This document shows, piece by piece, positions 1 through 10,595 of a stretch of 64,000 bases of DNA. Position 1 is the first letter of the stretch. The number at the start of each line of letters is the position of its first letter. A program made the position numbers and the translations under genes. The stretch is from contig CH464491.1 of assembly GCA_000002445.1 (NCBI GenBank), positions 2,656,001-2,720,000 on the forward strand. The letters are read 5' to 3'. The DNA comes from Trypanosoma brucei. Taxonomy: Eukaryota. The notes below the pieces were generated by a model that did no database searches, was not told the origin of the DNA, and saw only the letters and a list, made by a program, of their open reading frames with translations.

Positions 1-210
1 CCCGGAATTGAGCAAAGGCTACGCCGTGAAGTGTCAGCGCTACCTGCAAGCGCGGAGTGTGAGGCGAATTGTGTGGCTTTCCGGGACCGTGACTTGGCCG
101 CGTGGATCGGCGGGTCTGTTGTTGCATCAATGCCAACATTTCCACATATGTGCCTGTCACGCAAGGACTACTTAGAAAAAGGTGCTACCGTCGTTCACGA
201 GAGGATTTAG
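1..210 (+). CDS. 3' end of an actin-related/actin-like protein (partial, runs in from upstream of the window; stop at 208-210)
   Basis: Frame-1 translation PGIEQRLRREVSALPASAECEANCVAFRDRDLAAWIGGSVVASMPTFPHMCLSRKDYLEKGATVVHERI* matches the conserved actin C-terminus pattern (..WIGGS..AS..TF..M..S...Y.E.G...VH..). It is not in the ORF track because it lacks a start in the window. Confidence 0.65.
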   Translation, partial: PGIEQRLRREVSALPASAECEANCVAFRDRDLAAWIGGSVVASMPTFPHMCLSRKDYLEKGATVVHERI

Positions 211-439
211 AACCGTGTCGGGTTGGACAACAGGGTCATGTACATCAATGGAAAGATGTGTAGGGAGATGTGAGTATGACGGGTTTAGGAATCAAAAAAA
301 GGGAACTACCCTGGAGGTTGAGCTTGGGTCCACACATTCTCCAACATGTGGAGGGAGTGCAACTAATGACGACATGGAATATGTTGCTGGCAAAAGTAAC
401 CTGAATGCCCTCTACATTCACTTCTTAAGCATTCTAACC

Positions 440-539
440 TACTATTTTTTTTTCCATACTTTTACCCTGACTATTCCTAACGACTGCTGTCGTTCCTGTG
501 CTTGAGCACTTGCTCTGTTTGTCTTTCCCATGTCCCAGA
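440..539 (+). promoter_or_regulatory. Polypyrimidine tract plus AG acceptor(s): candidate spliced-leader trans-splicing/polyadenylation signal region upstream of the 530..3127 gene
   Basis: ttctaacctactatttttttttccatacttttaccctgactattcctaacgactgctgtcgttcctgtgctt...ctgtttgtctttcccatgtcccagag. Confidence 0.45.
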
Positions 540-3127
540 GCCGTCATCTCAATAATTTTTTGTGCCTCAAAGGGAAGTTGTTAGAGGGCCGGTGTTTGTG
601 TGCGCGTGGGAATCCAGAGTGTGCCCTTTTTTCGTTAAGACGCTCCAAGCGCCTGACCACATCGTGCATTTGTGCGTGTGACGAGAGGTTTGCTTTGACT
701 GAGGCTGTGGCTGTGGAAATGTCCCTCAACCGCAAGTATAGCAGTGCGAAGGACCGTGGGCCCACTATTGTTATCCCTAACATACCAAAAATTACTGACA
801 TACGGTCTCGTGGGAAGCTTATGTGTGAGTATGAGAAATATGAAGCGGAGTTATTCAAGCACCACCTTGGCCCGCCGGACACAACGTGCACAATGAGCGT
901 CAAGCAGGCTCCTACGGATTTCGATAGACGCGTCCCGGGGATGGATGAGCCAACAGCAGCCGATCTCCTCCACGAAAGACGCAAGACTCGAGGTGGGGCC
1001 AGGTGGGGATTGGAGAAAAGATTTGGAGCACCCGTTTTCGCAGCAGGTGGCACTGGGGGAAACACTAGCACAAAGCAACAAGCTGCTGGTAGGCATGGGA
1101 GTGTGCCATACTCTGCAGCGGATGGAGGAAATAGTAGGGGGGCACTACCCGCGGTACCATCGGTGACACCCCTAGATGTTTCTACTAATAATCCTCCCAA
1201 TCAGCAGGGCACTGCTGGTAATAACCGAGATAATACGTCAACGTACTCACCATTGTCAATACGCGCGCCTGAAGAGGACCCTGAGGATGTGCTTTCTTCA
1301 TCAGCGAGAAGGAGGGGAACAAAAGGACAAAGGGTTTCGCTTCAGGTACCGCGGCGACCACCACAAGGTGCTGATCCTACGGTGAAAATCGAGGAAGCGG
1401 AGGGGAAGGAGCCTTTAGGCCGTACGCAAGAGGGGAAGTCCAAAGGGGGCCGGCGGTTTCGTAGTTTGCCGAGACGGGCACCGCTTCGTGTGCAGTCTCC
1501 TTTGTTTGATACAGAGTTTTTGGCTCCTGGAGGTTGTAATTGGACTGTGTGTACGGGACAGGACTACTCTTCGTGGAACGCTGAGCATTGCGCGGAGGTT
1601 TTACGTGTCCTCCTGAAACCCCCACCGGAGTATGGTGAATCCTTCAAAGTAGACATGAGCCACACAGACCTTCGCTGGATGTGGAACGGACGTATGCCCA
1701 AGAACTTCACATCATTGCAGTCATGGCGAGTAGAAGAAGTGAAGGGCAGAGTTGTTCCTGTTGTCAATTCACCGCGCTCCGCTCTTGTAATGCTGCGCTG
1801 TGGTATCACAGTTCCAGACTTGTTAGTTCACGAGATAGGGGATGACGCTCCACTTCTTCCAACGGACCCTGAGGACCGTACAATGGTGAAGAGTATTCGT
1901 ATGAAGCAACATAAAGCATCAGTTATATCAATCTTGGAGCAGGTGCGAAATGAGTACTGCTCGTTATGTTGCGCAGTAAGCCTCCCGGATCTAGTTGAGG
2001 CGTTTCGTAGGAAGCGGCAGGTCAATATTGAGGTGGCTAAGTCTGCAATGATACGGGATGCTCTGGAGAAGCAGAAGCGCTTGTTTGAGTGTGCCGAGAG
2101 GAAGTTAGAGGTTGAGGCTAACCGTGCAAAGAACTTACAAGAGCGGGAGCGATTGATAGAACTCCGGAACGAACGACTACAGGAAATGATGATGGAGAAG
2201 GTACGACGCAAGAGGGAAGAGGATCTCATCGCGCAGCAAAACGCTGCTGCTCGAATCAAGCTTCAGCAAGAACGTAATGCCGAACGGGAGAAGGAATATC
2301 AGCGGGAGTTGCAGGAACGGCTTGAACGCGCCGAGGAACGGACCGCCAGGCAGCAGGCTGCGCGGGACCACCTGTTGGAACAGCGTCGTATTCGGCGGAA
2401 GAAAAATGCTGAGGAGCGGCAGGCACGAATAGAACGTATGGCAGAGATGCAGGAGCAGCAAAGTGAAATACTCAGGCGGAAGTATGAGGAGAGGGATGCA
2501 AAAGTACAGCTTGTGCAAGAGGAACGAGAACGCAAACAACGGGAGGCACAAGAATTACTTGCCGCGAGGGCCGCCAAATCGCAAGAGTTGAGGGAGCAGG
2601 CGCGTCAGCGAGCCCTGCTGCGCGAAGAAGAGGTGCGCCAGGCCGCGCTTGGACAGCAACAAGAGGTGGAGAACCGTCTGCGGCAGCTCACTAAGCAACG
2701 GGAGGAGGAGGTTGCGGAGCGTGCGAAGAAAGAGGCCGAGAAGCGAGAGCGTTTGAAGGGCGTGCTTACGTTGACCGCAGAGAAGCAAATCAGTCTAAAG
2801 GAGGTATCTTTGAAGAAGCAGGAAAAATTCAAGGAACGCCATGATGAGATTCAGCGCCACCAGGCGGAAGAAATCATGCTTAAACGCGAGCGTGAGCGAG
2901 ATCTCATGGAGGCAAAAGCCTTTGCCGTGCTTCAAAAGAAACGTGTCGCTGAATTTAACAAAGTAGAGGTGGTATTGCAACTAATTGCTAAGCGTGAGGC
3001 AACCGAAGCTCTCGAAACTCAGCGTGAGATGCTCCTCCGCGAGAACTTTAAGAATCATGCAACCTTGACACAACACAGGAAATCGTTGAAGGAGGATATT
3101 GCTAGAAAAAAGTCACTACAGGGATAA
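530..3127 (+). CDS. Hypothetical protein with very long E/R/K/Q-rich charged coiled-coil C-terminal half (trichohyalin/MAP7-like low complexity). The likely true start is the in-frame ATG at 719 (MSLNRKYSS..).
   Basis: 865-aa ORF. The polypyrimidine tract at about 440-536 ends in AG dinucleotides at 536-539, so the first in-frame downstream ATG is 719. Residues from about 500 onward are near-pure ER/EK/Q heptad-like repeats. The minus-strand 'ORFs' overlapping it are antisense shadows of this repetitive coding bias. Confidence 0.6.
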   Translation: MSQSRHLNNFLCLKGKLLEGRCLCARGNPECALFSLRRSKRLTTSCICACDERFALTEAVAVEMSLNRKYSSAKDRGPTIVIPNIPKITDIRSRGKLMCEYEKYEAELFKHHLGPPDTTCTMSVKQAPTDFDRRVPGMDEPTAADLLHERRKTRGGARWGLEKRFGAPVFAAGGTGGNTSTKQQAAGRHGSVPYSAADGGNSRGALPAVPSVTPLDVSTNNPPNQQGTAGNNRDNTSTYSPLSIRAPEEDPEDVLSSSARRRGTKGQRVSLQVPRRPPQGADPTVKIEEAEGKEPLGRTQEGKSKGGRRFRSLPRRAPLRVQSPLFDTEFLAPGGCNWTVCTGQDYSSWNAEHCAEVLRVLLKPPPEYGESFKVDMSHTDLRWMWNGRMPKNFTSLQSWRVEEVKGRVVPVVNSPRSALVMLRCGITVPDLLVHEIGDDAPLLPTDPEDRTMVKSIRMKQHKASVISILEQVRNEYCSLCCAVSLPDLVEAFRRKRQVNIEVAKSAMIRDALEKQKRLFECAERKLEVEANRAKNLQERERLIELRNERLQEMMMEKVRRKREEDLIAQQNAAARIKLQQERNAEREKEYQRELQERLERAEERTARQQAARDHLLEQRRIRRKKNAEERQARIERMAEMQEQQSEILRRKYEERDAKVQLVQEERERKQREAQELLAARAAKSQELREQARQRALLREEEVRQAALGQQQEVENRLRQLTKQREEEVAERAKKEAEKRERLKGVLTLTAEKQISLKEVSLKKQEKFKERHDEIQRHQAEEIMLKRERERDLMEAKAFAVLQKKRVAEFNKVEVVLQLIAKREATEALETQREMLLRENFKNHATLTQHRKSLKEDIARKKSLQG

Positions 3128-3815
3128 ACCGGGCCAGTCAGCAACAGCAACAAAAAGTGGTAATACGCCGGCTAGCGGATAGGAAGGTGTGGCTGTGGTA
3201 CCAATCCCTGTTCTGGAGCGGAAGGGTCTCCAAACTCTGATGCTTGTCGATCACGATGAATGGTGTAGTATTTGTTATGTAATTAGAAAGCAAGGAAGGA
3301 TGAAGGGAGAAGACATATATTAAAAGTTTTTTTTTTGTGTGTTAGGGCAGGTGTATTTTCCACTTGGTCCGCACCGAGAAGAGTGTTTTGAGCACATACC
3401 AGAGAAATGTTTGTGAAGGATATGTATATCTGTTCGTCCATTCGCTTTTACTTATTTTGTACATTTTTCTTATTTCGTGCTTATTTATTTAAAAACTCCG
3501 TCGTACCCAGCGTTTCAAGTTCTCCATTGGTCGATGTCGGCTACGAGTAACGCTTAGAGGGCTATTTGATGCTGTTCTCCTCTCTCCGCAGTCTTTGCTG
3601 TTTGCAGGACTGGACTTGATTACCTTTTGAAGGACGTGCTGCGGAGGCCTTGAATCCGCCGCGGGTAAACCGTTGCTGTGGAATATTGTGCGTAGGAGTC
3701 GTGAAGGTAAACGATGTACATCGCGGTGTTTTTATCCTTGTGTATTATTTATTTTCTTAGATTGAGGTTACAAGCAATCTCTCACAGGTGGAGAGCATAG
3801 TTTCACAGTACTACA

Positions 3816-4790
3816 ATGACAGACATGGAACTTGTGGAAGCTTTAAATGCAACGGAGGTGCCTATTGCACGGGCAGTTTTTCTTATGATTTCTGCAGTTC
3901 AAGACGCAGACGCCGGTGACAACAAAACTTGGTCGTGTTGTCATCCCGACCGGAGTCCAGCTGCGTCGCCGGGCTCAACGACCGGATGGAGGTCGCTTCG
4001 TGAAAGTCCATCGGGACCTGCAGTTATTGAGGTGTGTTACAATGATGGCGCTGACAGTTTTTTGACAGTTAAATGGGTTCCTATGGACAAAACTCATTTG
4101 GTGATGATTACCCAGCGGAGTGATAGGGAACGGTCACACCAACCCCTAAACACGTCATTTTGCATTGAAGATGAACCCCTTGCCTCACTTGTTTTAGGGC
4201 AGCAAACGGGATCGGGGGCTTCAGCGGCAGCAATGTGGACTGCTGAGAGTCTCGGGTCAGCTCTTCACCGACTGCGTTGTTTGCTTCAGTCTGCAATCGG
4301 CAATACCGGTCGTGGTTCCGAGCAGAATGAGAAGTTTTCTGCAGCGCAAGACAGTGACTGTGGACGGGAATTGCCGAGCCCGCGGGAGACGCAACCTCGT
4401 CCTCTTGAATTCCACTGCGGTGGACCCGCCCCTCCTCCTTCCCCTCCCGTGCCTTCCCAAGGCAGTTTGCTATTTGCGGGAGTGGTCCCGCGTCCTCCCG
4501 GCGCCCGTTACGGCGAAGCGGATCTCATCCCCGGTGGTGGAGGTTTTGGTATGGGTGGCGGCATGATGCTCGGCCGTGAAGCCTTCCAAGGCTCGCATAT
4601 AGTCCCTGCTCGCTACAATCCAATGTTTCCGGGCGATGTCCCGCCTAGGGTGCGGCCTCCTGGTCGGTACGGTTCAACGTTTCCTGGGGAACCCGATCCT
4701 GACAACTTTTTGCCCCCAGGTGGCCCGGCTTTTAGTTCCAGTTTTGGACCCGGACGAATGAACGGTTTTGGCGGACATTTTTACCGTTGA
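3816..4790 (+). CDS. Proteasome inhibitor PI31-like protein (N-terminal globular domain plus Pro/Gly-rich C-terminal tail)
   Basis: The C-terminus ...PGEPDPDNFLPPGGPAFSSSFGPG... resembles the PI31 C-terminal motif (..GPNPDHLPPPGY..) sitting in a Pro/Gly-rich tail. This is 324 aa on the + strand in the PTU. The call rests on recalled family consensus only. Confidence 0.4.
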   Translation: MTDMELVEALNATEVPIARAVFLMISAVQDADAGDNKTWSCCHPDRSPAASPGSTTGWRSLRESPSGPAVIEVCYNDGADSFLTVKWVPMDKTHLVMITQRSDRERSHQPLNTSFCIEDEPLASLVLGQQTGSGASAAAMWTAESLGSALHRLRCLLQSAIGNTGRGSEQNEKFSAAQDSDCGRELPSPRETQPRPLEFHCGGPAPPPSPPVPSQGSLLFAGVVPRPPGARYGEADLIPGGGGFGMGGGMMLGREAFQGSHIVPARYNPMFPGDVPPRVRPPGRYGSTFPGEPDPDNFLPPGGPAFSSSFGPGRMNGFGGHFYR

Positions 4791-4946
4791 CGGTCCTGGT
4801 GAGTAGTTTTCCTTCAGTGTTGTTTTTATTGGCTTAGGTGTCTGGGCCTAGCAAACCACCACATGATTTCATTCCTTTTCTGTGTGCTCCATTCTTTGCT
4901 TCGCTGAATGTGTGGGATAGACTGATCCGTTTTCACCTCCTCACTG

Positions 4947-5828
4947 TTGGTTGTTGTACACCTCTCCACTACGTTTCCCCTCATTTCTTCAACATCATCG
5001 ATTCTTCTAGACCTAGAGATGGTGTCGTACGCCTCTGCATTGACAAAGGATGGCCGCAAACGCGCTCCGCGACCACTTTTTGGCGTTAACATTGTGAAGC
5101 CATTTCCGTGGGTGCGTGTCGTGCTGGGCCTTGGCGCAGTGGCCTTCCTTACCCGACGGGAGTACAATGCAAGGTATCAAGTATCACCCCGTGATCAGTT
5201 CCTGCGCAAGGTTGTTGTCGTGCCATACGGCGTTCTTGGTATGCAGATGACTCTACAAGGTGGCCTTGTACGGGCTGGCAGTGAGCCGGACGAAAGCACG
5301 TTTATTGTGGACCCGGCCAACTTGCGCCACATCTTCACGACGGCGGTGGGCGCAACCGGCGCCTCTGGGGCGATCTACAACATGTTAGGTCTTCGTGGTC
5401 CGTTTCCCGATGAGGTGGTGCAGGCCATTTCCCGTGTGTGTGACACCAAATTTTACAAATACGGCGAGAGGGCTAACGTCATTCACGTGGTTGACCCCGA
5501 TTTCCGTGAGGGTGCCTGGTCAGAGCGCGAGGCAGCAGTTGAGCTTTCACGTGCATACCGAAATGTGTTTCACGAGTTCGTAAGAGGTGATGGAGATGTG
5601 TTGCGTGTGCCGCCGCTATCGAGTGGTGTGCTTTCTGGCTCACTTTACAACCAGCTTCCCATCATAACACAGTCTGCGGTAGCTATGGCCTTTGAGCAGT
5701 TACATACGTTTGATCGTGAATATCTGTTGCGCCGCGACAAGCAGGTTGAGTTGTGCGTGTTTATGAACAGAGAGTGGGATATGTACCAGAATGTCTTCAA
5801 GAACTGCACGCAGCCCTCCAAATTGTAG
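4947..5828 (+). CDS. Macro-domain-like (ADP-ribose-binding/processing fold) protein. The start is possibly the downstream in-frame Met (MVSYASALTKDGRKRAP...).
   Basis: Three macro-domain-like blocks occur in the right order: TTAVGATGASGAIYNMLG (Gly-rich diphosphate loop), NVIHVVDPDF (..VIHvvGP..), and LRVPPLSSGVLSGS (..fPaiStGvyG..). Confidence 0.4.
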   Translation: MVVVHLSTTFPLISSTSSILLDLEMVSYASALTKDGRKRAPRPLFGVNIVKPFPWVRVVLGLGAVAFLTRREYNARYQVSPRDQFLRKVVVVPYGVLGMQMTLQGGLVRAGSEPDESTFIVDPANLRHIFTTAVGATGASGAIYNMLGLRGPFPDEVVQAISRVCDTKFYKYGERANVIHVVDPDFREGAWSEREAAVELSRAYRNVFHEFVRGDGDVLRVPPLSSGVLSGSLYNQLPIITQSAVAMAFEQLHTFDREYLLRRDKQVELCVFMNREWDMYQNVFKNCTQPSKL

Positions 5829-6694
5829 GGCAGGCCCAATAGGTTAGACTGTCTAGACGTCGCTGCCTGTGTTGGGCGGGTGCTGCGTTTCTGCTGATGG
5901 TCAGTTTGTGAGAGGGGAAACCATATGTTGGGTTTATTAGCAAAGCGGTGTATGCGGACTTTGCAGGACGTTAGTACTATCATTTACAACATTACTCTAG
6001 CTGTAGTTTTTAACTTTCTCTCACACGTTGTTAGTCTATTACCGTTATTATTATTTTTTTTGTGGTGGTGTTAGTTTATATTTGTTCTTAACGAGTGCTG
6101 TTTAACTGTTTTTTTTTTTAAAACCAACGAAGTGGTGTGTTTGTTGCGCACATTTGTGTGTATATATATATATATGTTTGTTCACTGTTAGCTCTGCGGG
6201 GCAGCCAAACGGAGGGTGCGGTATAGTTACTTGCCTTTCTTTGTTCCTTGTATGGGTTGACGTTGACCCGGAGCTATTACAAGTTGGTTGTGTGTCTTCT
6301 TCAGTGCAACAAAGGTATGCGTGTGTAATTATTATCTTTTTTTGGTGCGTTTATTAAAGGCATTCCTTCACTTTCTCATACACACTTCTTGCACTTTGTT
6401 GCGGTAGCCACTGCTGTCTTGTTTAGTCTGGTCCCTTGGGTGTTGACCAGAGAGAGTTGCAGTGCGCTCTTAGACACAGAGGGGGAGTTTTATCACGATA
6501 TCACCACTCTTGTCTTCACACGGTTCCATCCAGTACTGTGATAGCGGACTGGAGGCACGTGACAAATCCACACTCTTGTGCGTGTGTGCTTATCCGTGGT
6601 GTATATAGGCATACACTAATCTGGTGAAGCTTCTATTAGCCACTGGGAGCAAAGTTAAGGTTTTAGTCAGAAGGGGACATCATCTACTAGTAGT

Positions 6695-9600
6695 GTGGGT
6701 CATAGAACGCGGGTAGGTATGGAGCGAAGGAGGTTGTTGCACGATGGTCGGTGGTTTACTCCGCCAGTCCTATACGGTAGTGCGCGGCGTGGTTTGAAGA
6801 CGCTTGATGTTCGCGAGTATCGGCCGCTTGCGATGCCGATAGAGTTCCGATTTTACCAACGGTACGCAAATCATCCGAATCGGCAGTCTGGCATACAATT
6901 TCTCACCCACTACAATACCCATCAGAGGTTTCGTGTTAACAAAGACTACATTGACTACATGCACTGGGGAAAAGAGCAGGGGCAAGCTAGACTTCCACAT
7001 CGTCACCAGCGTGTAGCATTCGACTTTAACGACCAGTTGCACCCGACGCGCATTGGGACTCCAGAGGATGGTGGTAATGCCAACCACTGCTATCCCGAGG
7101 ATGGGGAAGACGGCTCATACGCATGGTTTGCTTCACAGGACCCAACGTTTGGACACCACCCCGACTTGAGTTCATCATTTGACCCTAACTATCGGGTTTT
7201 CTCGCACCCAGAGCATTGGAACAAAATGTTCACGAAGCGACGGCCAGGTGAAGGTGATATTGATCTCAGTGTGCTTCCGTCACGCAGTTTATTGGGGCCG
7301 CTAATGGCACATTCTGATACTAAAGGAATTCCATACTTTAAGGTAGACAACCGGGGACACAGTAACGGGAGAGTACCGGGTGTTAACGCTCCATTTTTTG
7401 GTGAATTTGATCAGAAGATGATGCAAGCCATGTCACGTCCACTCAACGCAAACCGCACTATCACTGGCAACGATGGGCGTTTCTCAAAGACCATTATGAT
7501 AAACGAACCCCAATGTAATCAAGCGTTGAGTGCTAAGACGGCTAGTGAGTTGAGCAAGGAGATTGACAAGGCAACGAATGCTGTGTACTCGAAGCTTAGT
7601 GTTCTTGAAGCTGCTCAGTCAGGTCTTACTGATTACTTCTGTGGGGGTCTCAACTTTGAGATTGTTGGGTTTGAGCTGCACATGGCGGCGATGTTGCGTG
7701 AGCGCGCAGCAGCCATTCTTGAGAGAAGTGGTGCTGGAGGACTGCCGAGCGCTTCATCGGCAACGCTGTCATCGTCTTCGACAACCAGAAGATGTGCTAT
7801 GCTTTTGGAGAAAGCGGACGAACGTGAAGTAAACAAGTTGCTGCGGGACGCCTCAAGGTACGAGGATCGTGTAGATGATGCCCTCCGCCAGCACGCGTCA
7901 CTCATATGGCGTGTATACACTGCGCCCCGCCCCCTTATGACGTTGACTAACGGCAAGTGCCGCGGCACTGGGTGTGGTCTATCTCTCTTCGCGAAGTATT
8001 GCGCCCTTAAGGATTCTTCAGAGTTTATATTTGATGGCCCTAACGTGGGCATTACACCGTACGGCGGTATGACGCGCCTGCTCGCGCGACCCGAAACGTC
8101 TCTCAAGTATCCGGGGTTGGCGGAGTTTGTTGTTTTGACCGGCGCTTCTCTTTTCGCTGGTGACGCACTGAGGCTGGGGTGGACTGACCTCTTCACAACT
8201 ATTCCTGATATGACTTACCACATCAAAGAATGGTTCGACACAACCGAGCATATGCACAACGATGCCGTTGCGTGGCAGCTTGGGCACTTGTTGGAGACGT
8301 GCTTCAAGATGAAAGAATCACATTCTTCCGCAATGGAGCGCGCGGCAATAACCCCTACAAGGGCGCGTTGGGTAGAGGATGCCTTTGCTGATCAACCATC
8401 AGTCAATGACATCATGAGGACCCTAACAGAAATTGAACAACTGCCATTTCAGTCGACCCACAACACAAGTGACGAGTCTCATATCACACCCTACACACTA
8501 GGGAGCGTAGCAGCTGGTGTGCAGCGATTGGGCGAACATCGCCTGCGGTACACACTTTCCCCGTGGGACATTACGCCTCCAGAAGATAGTGTGGTGTTGA
8601 AGCACACGTCGGAGATGTTCAGGGCGTACGTGTTGGAGCGACGCGGGGCGACGGATGTCGTAACTCACCGTGATGCGGAGAGGGCTGCTGCTTGGAGTCA
8701 GCAGAGGCAAAGGGAGTATGATGCTTACTGCAGTCTGAAGGAGGCGCCGCATCCGCGGCATGTGTATGCGCGTCTTGAAGGGTGTGAGGGGAAGATCGTA
8801 TCGTTTGAGTTTGTTTTCGAGATAAGTTGTAGAAGGAGTGGGCCACAAGGTACTGACGAAGTCCTCCAAGCTACCACAATTAGCCGACTGAAGAGTCGGA
8901 TATTGGATGCGCTTGGTATGCCCCGGGATCGGAACATCGATTTGGGTTGGTACCTTCCGACATTGGACACATGCCCTATTCATAGCGACGAGGAGTTGAT
9001 GCAAGTCCTGCATACGGATCCGGGCATCGAGGATCCGAAAGAAAAACTGAGGTACCCACCCATCTATTTTATTGTGAAGCGCTGTACCCTGTACTTCTCT
9101 GAGTGGGCCTATGCTGTGAAACACCAGTTGTTGCTGCAGTCTCCTTTTGCGCTCCGGGCGGCGTTTGGGTTGCTGCAGGAAGTGCGCGGGGATGGCGCGG
9201 CAGAGAATGTTATGCCGCTCGCAGAAACGCTAGGAACGGAGTTCAAGTATTTTACGCGGCTCATGCGTCGACCCGACTTTTACCGTGTAGGAGTTCATAC
9301 GGACAAATCTGTGGAGAAATGGGAAGAAATCAAGGAGGAGCGGCGGCATAATATCCACCACACTCACAGACCAACGCGTCCGCTTCCTGACTTCGAGGAG
9401 GTTTTCGAACGTGATGTTGAAATTGATGGGCATCGGTTTGTACTGCGGCCGCGCTGGAACCCTCGTACGCTACAGGATGTGGACGACTCCGACATCTTGC
9501 GGTTGCGGGCACCACTAACGTACGATATGGATTCCACGGCCGCTCTCCACGTTCCCACTCACTGCGGTAAAGCCTCCCGACTCGCTGGAATGCTGCAAGA

Positions 9601-10354
9601 CGCAGGAGGCGTCCAAGTTTTGGATGGTCTTGGCGAGGTAGACGACAAGGGGGAACCTAAAGTACCGCCGCTGCAGAGCAATGCATCTGTGCCGACAAAT
9701 GTTAGCTTTTATGAGATGGCGCGGCACCCATGGGAAGACAGGGCGTCGTCGTGGCGTCGTGACGGCTTCACTGAGGGATCACTTGAGTATTTTGAGTCCC
9801 AATACCGTTCTGCAGAGCGAGCTGTTTACGATGAAGAGGGTCGAGGCGTGCGGAATTACTGGCCTTCGCGTGATGCCGTTGAGGGTATTGCGCAAGAGGA
9901 AGAGAATGACGCACAGCTACTGCAAGAGCGCCTTTTCAACACACTTGAAACTGCAGGTACAAGCGTGGAACCATGGGCCCGTAATCTTCGGCTCAATGCA
10001 ACCACAGGAAAGTTCGGATACAAAACTGAGATTGCGACACAGGAAGAGAAGATATACGACGATGAGTATTACCGCTGGTTCATTCAACCCGGACGCCACC
10101 CGAACCCCAGTGGCCTCACCCTCAACGGCAGGAAGGGACAGTTCGAAGAAGGTCACTCTCGCGATGAAGAACTTGAGCGCATGTGGCGCAAGGTTGTTGC
10201 CGATGGAAACAACGACTTTGCTGCAACGACTTCCGGAATGCCCGTGTATGACGGGGACGCCAAAAACGCGGAAGATAGCTATGCTGCGGGTGATGATGTC
10301 GACGTGGTGACGACTGACGCCAATGTGCCGGTGGATGGGGACGATAGCAGCTGA
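6695..10354 (+). CDS. Large (1219 aa) hypothetical protein containing an internal enoyl-CoA hydratase/isomerase (crotonase-fold, HIBCH-like) domain
   Basis: The segment ..GKCRGTGCGLSLFAKYCALKDSSEFIFDGPNVGITPYGGMTRLLARPE..AEFVVLTGASLFAGDALRLGWTDLF.. follows the crotonase oxyanion-hole/CoA-binding pattern (G.G.G.GL.....D.r.a...a.f..PE...Gl.P..Ggt..L.r....a.e..LtG..i.a.eA...Gl...). Confidence 0.45.
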   Translation: MGHRTRVGMERRRLLHDGRWFTPPVLYGSARRGLKTLDVREYRPLAMPIEFRFYQRYANHPNRQSGIQFLTHYNTHQRFRVNKDYIDYMHWGKEQGQARLPHRHQRVAFDFNDQLHPTRIGTPEDGGNANHCYPEDGEDGSYAWFASQDPTFGHHPDLSSSFDPNYRVFSHPEHWNKMFTKRRPGEGDIDLSVLPSRSLLGPLMAHSDTKGIPYFKVDNRGHSNGRVPGVNAPFFGEFDQKMMQAMSRPLNANRTITGNDGRFSKTIMINEPQCNQALSAKTASELSKEIDKATNAVYSKLSVLEAAQSGLTDYFCGGLNFEIVGFELHMAAMLRERAAAILERSGAGGLPSASSATLSSSSTTRRCAMLLEKADEREVNKLLRDASRYEDRVDDALRQHASLIWRVYTAPRPLMTLTNGKCRGTGCGLSLFAKYCALKDSSEFIFDGPNVGITPYGGMTRLLARPETSLKYPGLAEFVVLTGASLFAGDALRLGWTDLFTTIPDMTYHIKEWFDTTEHMHNDAVAWQLGHLLETCFKMKESHSSAMERAAITPTRARWVEDAFADQPSVNDIMRTLTEIEQLPFQSTHNTSDESHITPYTLGSVAAGVQRLGEHRLRYTLSPWDITPPEDSVVLKHTSEMFRAYVLERRGATDVVTHRDAERAAAWSQQRQREYDAYCSLKEAPHPRHVYARLEGCEGKIVSFEFVFEISCRRSGPQGTDEVLQATTISRLKSRILDALGMPRDRNIDLGWYLPTLDTCPIHSDEELMQVLHTDPGIEDPKEKLRYPPIYFIVKRCTLYFSEWAYAVKHQLLLQSPFALRAAFGLLQEVRGDGAAENVMPLAETLGTEFKYFTRLMRRPDFYRVGVHTDKSVEKWEEIKEERRHNIHHTHRPTRPLPDFEEVFERDVEIDGHRFVLRPRWNPRTLQDVDDSDILRLRAPLTYDMDSTAALHVPTHCGKASRLAGMLQDAGGVQVLDGLGEVDDKGEPKVPPLQSNASVPTNVSFYEMARHPWEDRASSWRRDGFTEGSLEYFESQYRSAERAVYDEEGRGVRNYWPSRDAVEGIAQEEENDAQLLQERLFNTLETAGTSVEPWARNLRLNATTGKFGYKTEIATQEEKIYDDEYYRWFIQPGRHPNPSGLTLNGRKGQFEEGHSRDEELERMWRKVVADGNNDFAATTSGMPVYDGDAKNAEDSYAAGDDVDVVTTDANVPVDGDDSS

Positions 10355-10595
10355 AGAGTACAAAATGGGGGATAGTGAAGGCGGAATTATCGAAATGAGC
10401 GCACGGTAGCAAAAAAAAAGTGTGGAGGTGCGTAGGAAGATGAATGAAGGTGTCGTTAAGAGAATAGGATGGAGGGATGTGAGGCAGGCGCTTTGTGTTT
10501 GTGGATCACTGCTATAGGCACCGAGACGGAGGGGGCCGCGCGTCATGCACCAATGTGTGAGGGTGAGGAAGAGTGTGTTTACTCACGCTGCGATA

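Noticed and set aside
544-2980. Cluster of minus-strand ORFs (544..1200, 1828..2259, 2177..2551, 2299..2577, 2555..2788, 2605..2832, 2795..2980) overlapping the first gene
   Set aside because: They are antisense shadows of the GAG/CGN-rich charged-repeat coding sequence. Their Ser/Leu/Phe/Cys-rich translations have no features, and their strand is opposite to the PTU.
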